A stretch of 63,299 bases of DNA, filler included, from Catajapyx aquilonaris (taxonomy: Eukaryota), in NCBI GenBank assembly GCA_000934665.2. It is 4 parts of 4 records of this genome, joined end to end, with 100 filler letters (N's around TTAATTAATTAA, not from the genome) between each part and the next. Parts side by side here need not be neighbours in the genome. Positions count along the whole stretch, not along the records: positions 15,804 to 31,635 come from JYFJ02007422.1; positions 31,736 to 47,440 come from JYFJ02007423.1; 2 more parts are not named here. One strand, given 5' to 3'. Under the pieces are notes generated by a model. It made no database searches, was not told the DNA's origin, and saw only the letters and a program-made list of their open reading frames with translations. Below, piece by piece: positions 23,189 through 35,929 of this stretch. Within the stretch, counting starts at the first letter, position 1, and the number at the start of each line of letters is the position of its first letter. The position numbers and the translations under genes were made by a program.

Positions 23189-25626
23189 GTAAGGTCAAAG
23201 GTCATTCATATCAAATTGTTTTTTGAGCCGTCCAAATATTGCACGAAACTCATGACTTTCCCACCAAAAACCTTTCTGTAAAAAAGGCCAAGTTCTCCTG
23301 ACTGCTTGGCCGTAAAAAGTGGTGAGAAACTATATAACAAGTTATTATATGATTATTTTTGCTGACATTTATTCGTTCGTATGTAATCAAGGACGTCGCT
23401 GGGTTAAAGCTCTTTGCTGATTTGATCTCTCCTTTTTTCGCAAATTTTCCGCAATGTCTGCACACTTTGAAGTTGTATAGATTTTCGCCATAGTGATAAT
23501 GGAGTGTATATGGCAAGGCTTCCACGCCCCTTTTGAAATTCGCACAACAATGTTTTTTCCCATTTTTTTCCTGGTCTGCTTTTTTGAAGGGTTATTAGCC
23601 CGAGGTTATTCTTTCGCACTATTATTATTGCGTGGGGGGGGGGGGGGCTGCAGGATTTGAATATGAAAGGACAGCAAGGTTTTACTTTCAGATGTATAGA
23701 AGTTCTCAGGGGTTTCCGAATATATATGGATTCTATAAAGTTCTGCACAATGCGGTGCACAATATGGAGAGTATTTTGAGAAGCATATTTAAACACCAGG
23801 GCTCATATAATGGAATACTTTAATAAGACATGTCATACTGATATGATAGTCAAATAGACTTGATATTGAGATGAAAAAAAAATCAAGCCTTATTCGTACT
23901 AGGATTCTATGCACTTTCATTTCCAATAGGATTCAAAATGAAGGCCGTCTGAGAAGCGTATTAAGATCATATCCAGCCTGATCCTATCCTTGATCTACTT
24001 TAAATAACTTCATCATCTCGATTTTCAAGGGTCTGAAAGCATCTAATTTCGAACCTATACTTTTTTTTTATTGCACTGTACAGTACTTCATTTAGTCTCA
24101 ATGGCACAACAAACTGTATTTACTTCGCAGCCAATCTAATTGGAAATGAATATTTAGTTTGACTTGATGACCTTTTCCAATCAGATCAAAGGAGTCGCAC
24201 TTTACAAAGTTCAACATAAGAGCTGGCAATAAGTGCTAAGGAAGTTGAAGATCCGCAAGTGAAGCGTGGATAGATATACACTACTTAAGAGAAACTATAG
24301 TTGGAAGTCTGAGCCTTTCCAACAGAGATCAAAAGAGGTTTGTGTTCCCGATAGTCTTCGTGTGGATTCCTGTCTATAGAACAAACAAAAGCTTCTATAG
24401 ATTTACTTTACGGTACCGGTATCGCACCAATTACTGCTCTGATACTTTATTTAAGAGCTTTCAGTACTTTTCCAGACAAATATTGCCAAACTTTCAGTTA
24501 AATTTTTTAAAAACATTAAATTTGCTTCATTTTCAACAATGCAGCCTCATTATGAGCTCTTCCGTCTCATCCGTCAGCTAATGCCCGCAGCAATTTTGAA
24601 TCATTACGTAGCGGACTAAAAATGGCCGTACCTTTGGGATATACATTACGCCGCGGACATAATTTATGGATTAATTACTAGGGAACCTGCCGGGTATTTT
24701 TTGTGTGGTAGAGAAGTGTTGCACTTGGAGCTACAAGGTGTAATATTTTTTCTTCAAAAAAAAGTCTGTCATAACAATGCAAGGGTGTGGGGAAAGGTTG
24801 ACACTTTATTAATATCGTGCAACGTCCTTAATTATTTATATACTAATTATCCACCGCTTAGCCAGAAACAGCGTGCGATATCTACTGATTTTTTTTAAAA
24901 AACCACATGCCTATACGTATGTGACTAATACGCCATTTTGAATCCTTGCATTTGAGACACTTTGTAAACTGCAATTTCGTTTTATTCAAGTCCCAAACTG
25001 CTCATATACCAATTCCCTCATCACCCTTTCATTTGGGGGACGCCTATTACATCCGGACTTAAAATGGTCACCAGCTCCTCCAGGGACTACACATTTGCTC
25101 TGGTTCTTCCGGATAAAAAATGGAAGCCGTTTTTAGACCAAGGGTCGGAGATATCCTCTTTAAATAAAAAAGTCCAAAACAAGCCAGGGATTTCCATTAC
25201 TGGTGTTTCCTCATCAACCACCCAGAATGGATCCCCGGGGGTTTGCCTAATGCAATCTCCACAGGTGATATTTTTGTAGCAGTGGCTATAGGACCAAGAA
25301 TGGTTACGACCAGTTTTATTGGAAATTTTCTGCAAAAATGTAAGTTTGATCAGTTTAAAGTACAATATTGTTAGGAGCATTACAATGTTTGGAGTTTGGG
25401 CGTGTAGTCTAAGTAGAGAGTTTAAGTGAGCATATCCTGAGGCTACTGCATGTACTGTACAGTACTTTGTGTTGGTAAAAGCACTGAGGGCAAGGAATAA
25501 TTACGCAAACGCGACCTATGCCCTTTCACAAAAATTTTAATTTAATTTTTTGCTGGTTCACACCCATGTCCTTCCTTGACATTAAAATTAAGCTAGAAAA
25601 ATCATCCGTTAGGGCGCTACGGTACA

Positions 25627-25967
25627 ATGGTGTGGGTGGAACACCCTGGGGAAGGGTTGAGGTGACGGGAGAGACGACAGGCGATGTTACCTCGTCGACA
25701 GCCAGCTAGCGACTGAGTTCCTCCACCCATTGCGCATGCGCTGAACGGGGGCCACTCGGAAGCTTCGCGGGGCGGGCCAATCAGAAGCTTCCCGGGGGCC
25801 AATCGGAATCGTGGTCCCCGCGAAGCTTCCGAGTGGCCCCCGTTCAGCGCATGCGCAATGGGTGGAGGAACTCAGTCGCTAGCTGGCTGTCGACGAGGTA
25901 ACATCACCTGTCGTCTCTCCCGTCACCTCAGCCCTTCCCCAGGGTGTTCCACCCACACCCACACCAT
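25627..25967. mobile_element. GC-rich foldback/MITE with ~145-bp near-perfect arms, in the RasGRF intron
   Basis: ggtgtgggtggaacaccctgggg...ggaagcttcgcgggg is mirrored at 25815-25967. This explains the duplicate ORFs 25617- and 25858+. Confidence 0.85.
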
Positions 25968-26879
25968 AAGCCTTATACAAACAAACGCAAGGATTTTAAT
26001 ACATTATAGAATGTGTTTTCATCATATTAATTGCATATTCCACTAATTATTTCAAACCTTTCCCTTCTCTAATTCAAGTTTGCATTGTAAACGTCTCATA
26101 TTGAGCCAGCCAACCATGAAATGAAAGCCCACCCACTTTCTTGTGCCTATTACACTTTATTTACCCATCCTATGCACTTTAGGATCGATACCCAATTACT
26201 GAAGCCGCCCTTTTGAGTACTGTTTTTCCATTTTTTGTTTGAGGTAAAACTAGTTTTTTGACGTGTCAGCTTCGAAGGGTTAATGTTCCAATATTCGCCT
26301 AGAAGGCTCTTTTGCCTTCTATACTAGAATCGATAAAAAGAAGACAGGCTGAGCTTATGAGGCTCGTGGGTATAGGAAACCTTCCATCTCGATCTTCCCC
26401 CTTTTCTTTTCTTGTGGATGAAGAAGCGAATTGGATTGCAACTAATCTACCTCCACTTCATTTGCAGTAATTCCTTTTCCGCCTTGTTTGCCTTTCCAAC
26501 CTTTTTTCCTCCTTCCTACCCGACATTAAAACCTTTCCCTCGTTGAAAGTTTCCAAGAGCTGGAGGCCTTGTCCAATTATGTGGAACATTGTTTCAGGAA
26601 TGGTGGAGAGAGAGGGGGGGAGGGGGGATAAAACTCTTGATTGGTGCGCTGTAGAGCCCGCAAAGTGCGTGTGGACTTAATTAACATGGACGTCCAGGAC
26701 GAGGAAGGGGTCCATGGAGGACCAAAATTGGTAGTAGGATTTGTTACGAATCTAAATTGTAAATGTGGCAATACGGCGTTTTAGTAAAGTTGTTGGCAAC
26801 GCTGCTAACATTGAAGTTTAAGCCGATCAGGATGCTTCTCTTTCTCATATTGCAGGCAACTTTATAGCCTACTATTGGT

Positions 26880-27360
26880 TTAAATATTATATTTATCTTC
26901 AATAAATTTTATATCAGTTTCTAATAAATTTTATATTAATTTCATTATTTAAGTTTTATATTAATTTCATTATTTAAATTTTATATTAATTTCATTATTT
27001 AAATTTTACATTAATTTTATTATTTAAATTTTACATTAATTTTATATCAATTATATATCTTTAAATTGATTTTATATTTTTAAACTTGATTTTATATTTT
27101 TAAAATTGACTTTATATTTTTAAAATTGATTTTATGTTTATAAATTTGATTTTATATTTTTAAAATTGATTTTATAGGCTGATAACGGGGTATAAATTAT
27201 TTCTAAATTGATTTTATAGGCTGATAACGGGGTATAAATTATTTCTAAATTGATTTTATATATTTAAAATTGGTTTTACACTTCTAAAATTGATTTTACA
27301 TTTAAAAATTGATTTTACATTTCTAAAATTAATTTTGCATTTTTTAAATAATTTTATATT
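26880..27360. repeat. AT-rich ~21-bp minisatellite between two copies of gttggcaacgctgctaa
   Basis: Units ttttatatttttaaaattga; ~39-bp exact duplication at ~27172-27255; flanking repeats at ~26792 and ~27454. Confidence 0.85.
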
Positions 27361-28295
27361 TATTGTGCGTAAATATAACATAAATGATTTTTTTCCCCGG
27401 GATGAATCTAAATTGCTGAAATACTGGCATGGCAACAGTGTGTTTTATGAATTGTTGGCAACGCTGCTAATCTTAATGATGCATTAATACTTGATTAATC
27501 CAACCAGAATGCTTCTCATTGCCATTTTGAAGACAACCATTTATTTTATTTTTAATTTAAATATTTAGCTGCTGGGGAGAAAGTTTTAAAAATATATACC
27601 GTATACAGTCAAACAAACAAGCCAGATGGCAGCATAGTCTGTCCACCATTTTTGAGCACAGCTTAAATCGTACTAATGAGGTAACTATCACGAGTGTATC
27701 AAACACTCATTAGAGGAAAAAATTGAGCCTCAAAATTTTTCGCACACGTCAAAACTGCTCCCTGGCGAGCACAAATAATACTTTTCCCCCAATCCTCTCG
27801 GAAAACGTCATATTTCATAAACCGGGGTGACATTCACACTGGTGGGGCCCCATGATATTAACGAGAAATTCACAGCAAAAGCACATAAAAGGAGGTATTA
27901 ACCGAGAGCGGGATTAAAATCGCATTCATATTCAACGCTCTCTTCGCATGAGGTCCAATAACATGTAGGCTTTGGGCCTCAGTCCAAATGGTTCAGGGGG
28001 GTAACAAATTGGATCCGGAGTGGGTGGCAAAATATATTCTGTCCTGAAAAGGTAAAGCCTAGTTGTTGACAAAAAAGGACCAATTTTTTTTAAAAAAATT
28101 AATGTGAAATCTCCATATGCAAATTGTATAGTGGGTGCGGTGGGTGGTAAAAATTGCATTCTGTGTCGACACTTACGTTGGAGAGTTGAAAATTGCCGCG
28201 GGTGCAACGGCTATGGATTGTGATCAAAGTGAAAATTAGAGTGAGTTATTACGTATACCCATAATGCTACTTATGCCTTGATATAAAAATGCATG

Positions 28296-29300
28296 CACTC
28301 TAAAAATGTCGTGTGTTTTACCACTCAATTTGAGAGATTTTCACTCCTTTTCCCCACTTTATTTGACTCCACTCGTTTTGAGTGAAAATCACTTGAGTGA
28401 AAAATTCGTAATTTGCATGCACTTTAAATCATTTTGAGTGTTTTCAACTCGATTTGAGTGACTTTCACTCTTTTTGCACTCGATTGTACTCCAACTAGTT
28501 TCTAGTACTTTTCACTCCATTTGAGTGATTTTCACTCCTTTTCCCCACTTTATTTGACTCCACTCGTTTTGAGTGAAAATCACTTGAGTGAAAAATTCGT
28601 AAAAATCTGCATGCACTTTAAATAATTTTGAGTGTTTTCAACTCGATTTGAGTGACTTTCACTCTTTTTGCACTTGATTGGACTCCAACTAGTTTTGAGT
28701 GCTTTTCACTCTTTTCCCCATTTTATTTGACTCCCCTCGTTCTGAGTGAAAATCACTCGATCACCTGAGTGAAAAATTTGCAACAATTTGCATGCACTTT
28801 AAAATGGGCTTTCAACTCGATTTGAGCGATTTTCACTCTTCTCCCCCACTTTATTTGACTCCAACTAGGTTTGAGTGCTTTTCACTCCATTTGAGTGCTT
28901 CTCACTCTTTTTCCCCATTTTATTTGACTCCACTCATTCTGATTGAAAATCACTCGATCAATTGAGCGAAAAATTGGCAACAATTTGCATGCAATTAAAA
29001 TAATTTTGAGTGTTTTCAACTCGTTTTGAGTGGTTTTCACTCTTTTCCCCCACTTTATTAGACTCCAACTAGTTTTGAGTGCTTTCCACTCTATTCGAGT
29101 GATTTAACTTTTCCCACTTGATTTGACTTCCACTAGTTTGGAGTGTTTTCGACTCCATTTGAGTGATTTTCACTCTTTTTCCACTTGATTTGACTCCACT
29201 CGTTCCAAGTGGAAGAAAAAAAAACCCACGGGGAATTTTCCAAGTATAATTAGTCACAGTGGAAATTTATGAAATAAATATGGGTTTTTTTACAGAAAGT
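28296..29300. repeat. CACTC/GAGTG-rich tandem array, possibly a CACTA/EnSpm-like non-autonomous element
   Basis: Starts CACTCTAAAAA; ~190-bp units built from many inverted ttgagtg/cactc motifs. The right terminus is unclear. Confidence 0.7.
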
Positions 29301-31254
29301 GTGTTAAATCCAATGGAATAGTTGTCCCGAATATTGTGCCTTTGACTGGTGTATGCCGCGCCCCTGGAGGCGGTTTTCCTCAAACTTTTGGTTTGAAAGG
29401 GCTTGCTTTTTAACTGAGGTTTTAGACTGAGGATTCTAAGTGCCCTATGACCTTATTAGAGAGTATAAGCTCTCATATATTGCACGGTCAGTTTCCAAAA
29501 CGTTCAAAGAGAAAGTCTGGTTCTTGTTTCCAGGTATTATAGAGTTACGTTGGGACAGTTTGCAAAGCACTGTAACTGATCCTATTAGCAGCCGGTTATA
29601 AAACTCAGGCAAAAAATTTTTATATACAGTATTTATTATGTAAAATATTCATTACAAAGATAAGTTGTAAAGGAGTGATTTATGTTGTCATTAGTTTTTT
29701 ATTGAGCTACTCATTATTTATATGCTCTGTTTTAAATTGGGGGGATTGAACACATCTTTTTAATAAGTAGCTATTAAAACAGGCGGTAATTGGACAGTTT
29801 GTCAATTGCTTTTTGGCTTTGTTGCTGGTTATTATTTAAACAGGCATTTACTGGGATAAATCCGGGATGAAAGGATTATGATGCACATTTTCATGAACGA
29901 CTTTGTCAACATAAATGAAAGGAATTAATTATGTGTGTATATAACCTGAATTTTTCCATAAATTAAGTTTCATAAATTATAATATATTAATAAATATTGC
30001 AATTTAAGGACATCTGTTTTGCCCCAAGATAAACGAATTAAATCGTTTCTAGGGACATATTTGGTCAAAATGACCTTTGACCTGTGTCAAAGTGCGCATC
30101 ATTTTTTTCTTTCTTTCGAGGGTTCAACAAGGTACAGCCACTAGAATAAAGTAATATCTAGTGGCTCCCCCTGTCAAGGTCATTGCTTAGCATTATCGGA
30201 GATCGGTAGGACAGGCCTGGAATGAAAAAGTTTTTATTCTTGGCTAGGAAAATCGAATTACTGCTGGAACATTACTCGCTATCAAATTCCGCAATTAGTT
30301 TAATGAAATCGGTTGGACCTGCAAACCAGAATTTAATTTCGAGAGGAACTGTTGAATACCAGTGCTTGCAATATGGTTTTTTCTACCAACTCTCACAATA
30401 TTTCGCAAATATTGGTGACTGTAATGGCTACTAGCTTATCTGATAGTGCTAGCTAATAACTATGTTACACACTTCCTTAATTTAATTTCAGCAATTCGCT
30501 CTCAATTTAATCTCTTCACAATGATTGTAATGCTACGCGATTTTTAGCCCCAAAACTGCTTATTTTTTATATTCTGCAAAATATTAGCTCATTTTGAATC
30601 TACCATGCAGAGAAAGGACATTTTAGCTCTGAGAAGCCCTCATTTCAACTCCCAGACATTCCCAACAAACTTCTTGCCCCAGTTCATCAAGCATCTCGGG
30701 GGCAAAACACATTTACTCCTGGAGATCGTACTTCATCAGGGTCTCTCAAGTAACACACCTGCAAGCATCATTATTGCCAGGACAAGAATGTTCTCCATCC
30801 AGATAATAGAGTGCTTCTTGCATGAAATGTCTCCCTTTGGAAGTCTTCTCGCTTGCAATTAACGCGAATGTATATGATGGAGACTGTACCAAGAAGACTC
30901 TTCCTAAAGTTCTCTAGATGTTTCCGTACTTCTTTAGCCTCAGAGAAAAGGTGAAGAAAGAGGAGGATGGGTCCCAGAGACGTCACTAGAATCACTGGAG
31001 CAAGGAAAAGAGAATTAAGGGTTTCTTTTGTGGGGAAAAAGGGTGTGTTTGAACCTGTAGAAAAAGAGTAGGCTTTCTTAAGAAAAGGGCCTTTTGTCTT
31101 GTGGAAATTCGAGAAGGTTTTGTGTAGGAGTCAGCTTTTTTAGGTGGTCAGTCAGGAAAGCTTTTAGTTCACGGCTTAAGTCATGTCCTGACTTATAAGA
31201 CGAGACATTAACATTCTTGGCCTGATATATGAAACATAAAAGAGCCTATATATA

Positions 31255-31498
31255 CAGGGTGTTAATTCTAAGCGTGTCACCAGAAAAGGTGGTGGTAGAG
31301 GGCTCAGGTGTGAGCATTTTTGCATAAGGAACTAGGGGTCGGAAACGCACACTCACCGAGTTACGCCCCTTTCAAGTTACGCAGCGGAGTGACTCGGTGA
31401 GGGTGCGTTTCCGACCCCTAGTTCCTTATGCAAAAATGCTCACACCTGCGCCCTCTACCACCACCTTTTCTGGTGACACGCTTAGGATTAACACCCTG
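31255..31498. mobile_element. mariner-type foldback MITE
   Basis: TA|CAGGGTGTTAAT ... ATTAACACCCTG|TA, with ~110-bp near-perfect arms. Confidence 0.9.
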
Positions 31499-31635
31499 TA
31501 TATAGTAGGCTGTACGTAAAAATTTATACAAATTCCCAACAAACGTCTGGCCAGAGGAACATGGCTCTTCTATCCGGCCAATCACAGACGGGCGCTCCCC
31601 CGCGCCACAGGAGAAGTGTGGCATGCCCTTGTACT

Positions 31636-31735
31636 NNNNNNNNNNNNNNNNNNNNNNNNNNNNNNNNNNNNNNNNNNNNTTAATTAATTAANNNNNNNNN
31701 NNNNNNNNNNNNNNNNNNNNNNNNNNNNNNNNNNN
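31636..31735. other. Artificial contig linker
   Basis: 44N-TTAATTAATTAA-44N. Confidence 0.95.
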
Positions 31736-32020
31736 AGATGACTCTGTTGTTGCCACGTTATGGCACATCGCATCGTTGGTTACTATCCGAGCGCCATCTA
31801 TCAACAAAACAGTCCGCTCGCCTAGAACCTCTCGCGTGACGCGTCTGAGCGCACCCGTTCCTTGTCTATGAGAGGCGCTAGTCGAGCGGACTGTTTTGTT
31901 GATAGATGGCGCACAGTTGTTGCCAGGTTATGGCGTATCGCGTCGTTATAAGTAAACAACAACACGATACGCCATAACCTGGCAACAACAGAACCGCTGT
32001 TGACTATCCGCGCGTCTCCT
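31736..32020. repeat. Complex palindromic repeat
   Basis: ttgttgcca(c/g)gttatggc occurs in both orientations (31746, 31917, inverted at 31970-31988). gcgccatctatcaacaaaacagtccgctcg is mirrored at ~31882-31912. Confidence 0.75.
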
Positions 32021-32238
32021 AGGATGAACCAGTAGCAGAGATGCCATCGGTTACACCCACGACATCGAATGGAGTGCAGCAGCTTCATTCAACCAGAACC
32101 ATTGATGACGGGAAGGATGACATGACCTCAGATGCAGTAATGGAGGTCCAGAGTGAAGACCGGAGGATGCCGAGCAGACCTCAGCGCAAGAGGCGACCTC
32201 CTATGCAATTTGGGAAGGATGAGGCGTACTTCTACTCC

Positions 32239-32552
32239 CAACCAAAGTAACTCTTCTTACCCTCCTGAATTTTGAAAATGTTTAGATTTTCTAATTCTGC
32301 TTGGCCTATAGTGTTGAGAAAACATCACCTCCGCTGCTAATTTCCACGTTTGGAGGGTGAAAATACAGCCAAAATGCGATGTTCCAAATCCACAACACCT
32401 GCATCCGGTTGCGCCTTTTGGCTTGCATTTTGACCCTGCTAACGTGAAAATTAGCAGCAGAGGTGATGTTTTCTCAACCCTATAGGGCAAGCAGAATTAG
32501 AAAATCACAAAATTTTCCAAATTCAGGAGGGTAAGAAGAGTTACTTTGGTTG
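32239..32552. mobile_element. Foldback MITE with ~125-bp arms
   Basis: CAACCAAAGTAACTCTTCTTACCCTCCTGAATTT ... AAATTCAGGAGGGTAAGAAGAGTTACTTTGGTTG. Confidence 0.85.
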
Positions 32553-32577
32553 TCAAAAAAGATGTGCCCCAGTATTA

Positions 32578-32703
32578 GGGCCGGTTTCACCGAGCTTGGT
32601 ATATGATAAAACCAGGTTTCTTTAGGAAAATCCATACAAATAGATAGGCTTTTTGCTAAAGAACCCTGGTTTTATCATATACTGAGCTCGGTGAAACCGG
32701 CCC
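32578..32703. mobile_element. PIF/Harbinger (Tourist-like) MITE
   Basis: TTA|GGGCCGGTTTCACCGAGCT ... AGCTCGGTGAAACCGGCCC|TTA; the TIR is related to that of 7920-8067. Confidence 0.9.
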
Positions 32704-33608
32704 TTATTCAGATAATCCGAATAATACTGGGGCAAACTGGCAGCATGTTTCCGTGGCAATCTATACTGTTGAATTATGTTAAATAAACAATTGTTCTGTG
32801 CCATTTGAATGCAATAGACGTGATTGTGGGGTGGGAGTACTATTTTCCCTGCCAACTGTTCCATTCCTCTGCTCGGGGGTTACTACACGGTTATAAATAC
32901 ACGAACACATGCCTAAAGCAGCTAACTCAGTCCAAAAGTAGTCCATTAATTTGAGTCTGATAAAAGAAGGGCAGAGAAGGCCCACAGCGTCTCCAACTCG
33001 GGACTATATACTACTGTATTGTTGGGTAGTGTTGATCTCGGCACTCCCTGAAGTAGGCCTACTCCAACCATTGTTACAATACGTCAATACCCTATGTGAA
33101 CTGCAATTCTTGCCAAAATAAGGAAAGGAGCCATCGCGCTCATAAGAGTAAGACTACTCCAAGTTGGTCCAAAGTTGGTGTCGTGTAGGTCCTAATTTGG
33201 ACATTTGGCCAGTAGATGGAGTAATCATATTTATGCTCCAAGGAGAATTGCCTCCACCATGGGGCATTTCAGGTCAATTTTTGTAGCATTATTTTTTTGG
33301 ACTTGGGCCACTTTTGTTGTAAGCGCCTCAAATATTAGGCATTAAAAACAGGAATATTAGTACTACCTATGGAAAAATCTTTGGAAATTTAGGAACCTGT
33401 CTCATTTACGTACATTATAATTAATTCTCGGTTGACGCCGATTCACTTTACGCCGCGTTTTGCTGGAACCAATTAATGGCGTAAAACCGGGACTACTTTG
33501 TTCAAGCCAGGCTGATAATGCCTCTACAGGACAGACATTTCAGAGAGATCAGACAGACAGATCAGACAGAGAAGCAGGTGGGATGGGATGAGATGAGACA
33601 GATGAGAC

Positions 33609-34006
33609 CGAATCCAACCGATCGTCTTCATATATAGTGGGTAGAGACTCGAGACTATAGAGAGTCCACACCAAGGGATGAAAGACGCAACTAGCGTGAC
33701 CTGCCCCACATGACCCTATATGGCCCTTTTTCTGGCGTGCAGAGGTCGACTCGCAAGATTCCCACCCATCGTCTTCAAATTCTGTGGGTAGAGAGGCCAC
33801 ACCAAGGGATGAAAGGCGCAATTAGCGTCACCTGCCCCACATGACCCTATGACCCTGTTTCTGGCGTGCAGAGGTCAACTCGCGATATTCCAACCGATCG
33901 TCTTCTAATTTTGTGGATAGATAGTTCACAAGAAGGGACGAAAGACGCAACCAGTGTCCTGCCCCAAATGAACCGATGACCTTTTTCTGGCGTGCAGAGG
34001 TCAAGT
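33609..34006. repeat. Three tandem ~125-145-bp units, preceded by an (AGAC/AGAT)n tract at ~33526-33608
   Basis: cca.c(c/g)atcgtcttc...aaggga(t/c)gaaa..cgcaa...cctgcccca.atga...tttctggcgtgcagaggtc, three times. Confidence 0.9.
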
Positions 34007-34072
34007 TGAATAACCTGTCAGAGTAGGTAGCGCTGGAAGGGAAAAAAGGCACTCGAAAACAGAAGAAAATAA

Positions 34073-34144
34073 TGGAGGTGCCGGGGATCGAACCCGGGAC
34101 CTTTCACATGCAAAGCGAACGCTCTACCACTGAGCTACACCCCC
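34073..34144 (-). tRNA. tRNA-Ala(TGC)
   Basis: GGGGGTGTAGCTCAGTGGTAGAGCGTTCGCTTTGCATGTGAAAGGTCCCGGGTTCGATCCCCGGCACCTCCA folds into a full cloverleaf with the G3:U70 alanine identity pair and has oligo-T terminators downstream. Confidence 0.95.
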
Positions 34145-35929
34145 ACTTCGTATGACTTATTACTTCATTACGAGGGGACCTATGAACATGTTCATAACTT
34201 ATAATCTTTAACTTAATTTAATGTAGGGTGACACCATTTCCAAATCTCCGAAAAGAAGGGCATAGATGCTCTGTATAGGCTGTGTACAATACACAATATT
34301 ATACTAACAAATACGCCTTTTTACTTCATCATAACCGAATCAACGATTTCATACGTCGTATTTAATGTCTCTGTCTCTATAAAGTGAGTGATGGCCTGGA
34401 AGAGGAGCAAGAAATGCAGAGAATAACGCTCGAAGGCAGGTATATTGCAGCACCATCGTCACCTCAAAAACCAAACATGCCTCTGGAAAAATATATAGAT
34501 ACGTAATAGGCCCAAAAAGTCCAGAAAGTGCATCCAAAAGTACAAAAACTATCCCATAAAAGGCCATAGGCTTGAAAAGTCACAAAATGCCAGGAATAGG
34601 CTAAATTGGGCAAAATAGTTCCCCAAATCACGAAATAGGCCATTTCAAGCACTATAAAACCTACATTTTCCACATCCTGCACTTATGAAATGGATAGATC
34701 TCTTCACAAAACCATCCCAACTGTTAAGGAACTAAATAGGCTTTTGCCTAAATATCCGGACTTTAGTAATAAGATAATAAAAAGTTGAATTATAACATCC
34801 TGGCCTTCAACGTTTACTTCGTACAATTTACCCAATTAATTTATACAATCAGGGGTGGTACTGCAGTGCTTGACATATTACTTGACTGTTTGCGAACGAC
34901 CCGACTTACGATGTTACGGCGATCCTTTTGTTACATTTATGGAAAATTAGTAGTGCCGAAATACCAAAGAAACATTAAGAGATTGTGAAGAAAGTGTATT
35001 GTGCCTATTTAGGAGTACAGTACAACTTGGTGACCAGGATAACCCACAGGCCCCACATAGTGTTGTCACAGACCTCAGAAGTCAAAAGGCGAGAAAAAGT
35101 ATTTTCATTTGGAGTCCCAGTGATGTGGAGGGAACACTGAAATCCCAATGATGACTTCTACTTTTGTTCGTGTAGCTGCTTACATGGGTTCAATCGGAAA
35201 ATTAAATGCGAATTTTCTATCGTCTATCACTATATCCAAACCCCAGTCGGCAACACCTGTACCAGGGGCCTAACCTTTTTTTAAAAATCCAGGTACAAAG
35301 TTTGCACTCCAGACTTTCATACAGTCAATTTCTGACTCTATTACGGTAGAAATAAATGATATGTATTTTAGCACTTTTTTTTTCAAAAGCTATCGTCATT
35401 AACAGGTCAAGAAAACTTTATCAGTCAAATATTTACTTTCAACACATTTGAATTCCATGCTGTATCTAATTAATGAAGTGCTATTGTGCATATTCGCAGA
35501 CAAATAAACCTCATATTACTATATTAAGATAATACACTGTATTGAAAAAAAGTACACGAGTATTAAAAACAAGGAAATTTAAAATTCACAATAATATTGT
35601 TTATTCTCGCAGGGCTCGTGGTCTTTGCATAGATTCTGAACAAAACACATGCAAATGGACACAACAATTCTTCGCAGTTCTCAGAACGATGTACCCGTCA
35701 CTGTGCAAGTATCAATGTATCCAGCACACTCGATACATGTACAAGCTGCCTTATGACAGTCCATGTCCAACCAGTTTCTGATTTCAAACTGTTAACCCAG
35801 TCCAATTAGGTGCACTGTGAAGTCATACGCCCAATCACCTGAGTCCTTGCAGCATTATAGGGCTTACACTGAATTGGATTCATAATTCCACATAATTCAT
35901 GGTAGGAGAGAGACTTGGCATTTCTTGAT

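Noticed and set aside
33609..34006. CRISPR-like array or hammerhead-ribozyme repeats
   Set aside because: The units are similar over their whole length with no unique spacers, and there are no cas genes in this eukaryotic context. No CTGANGA...GAAA core with flanking stems was found.
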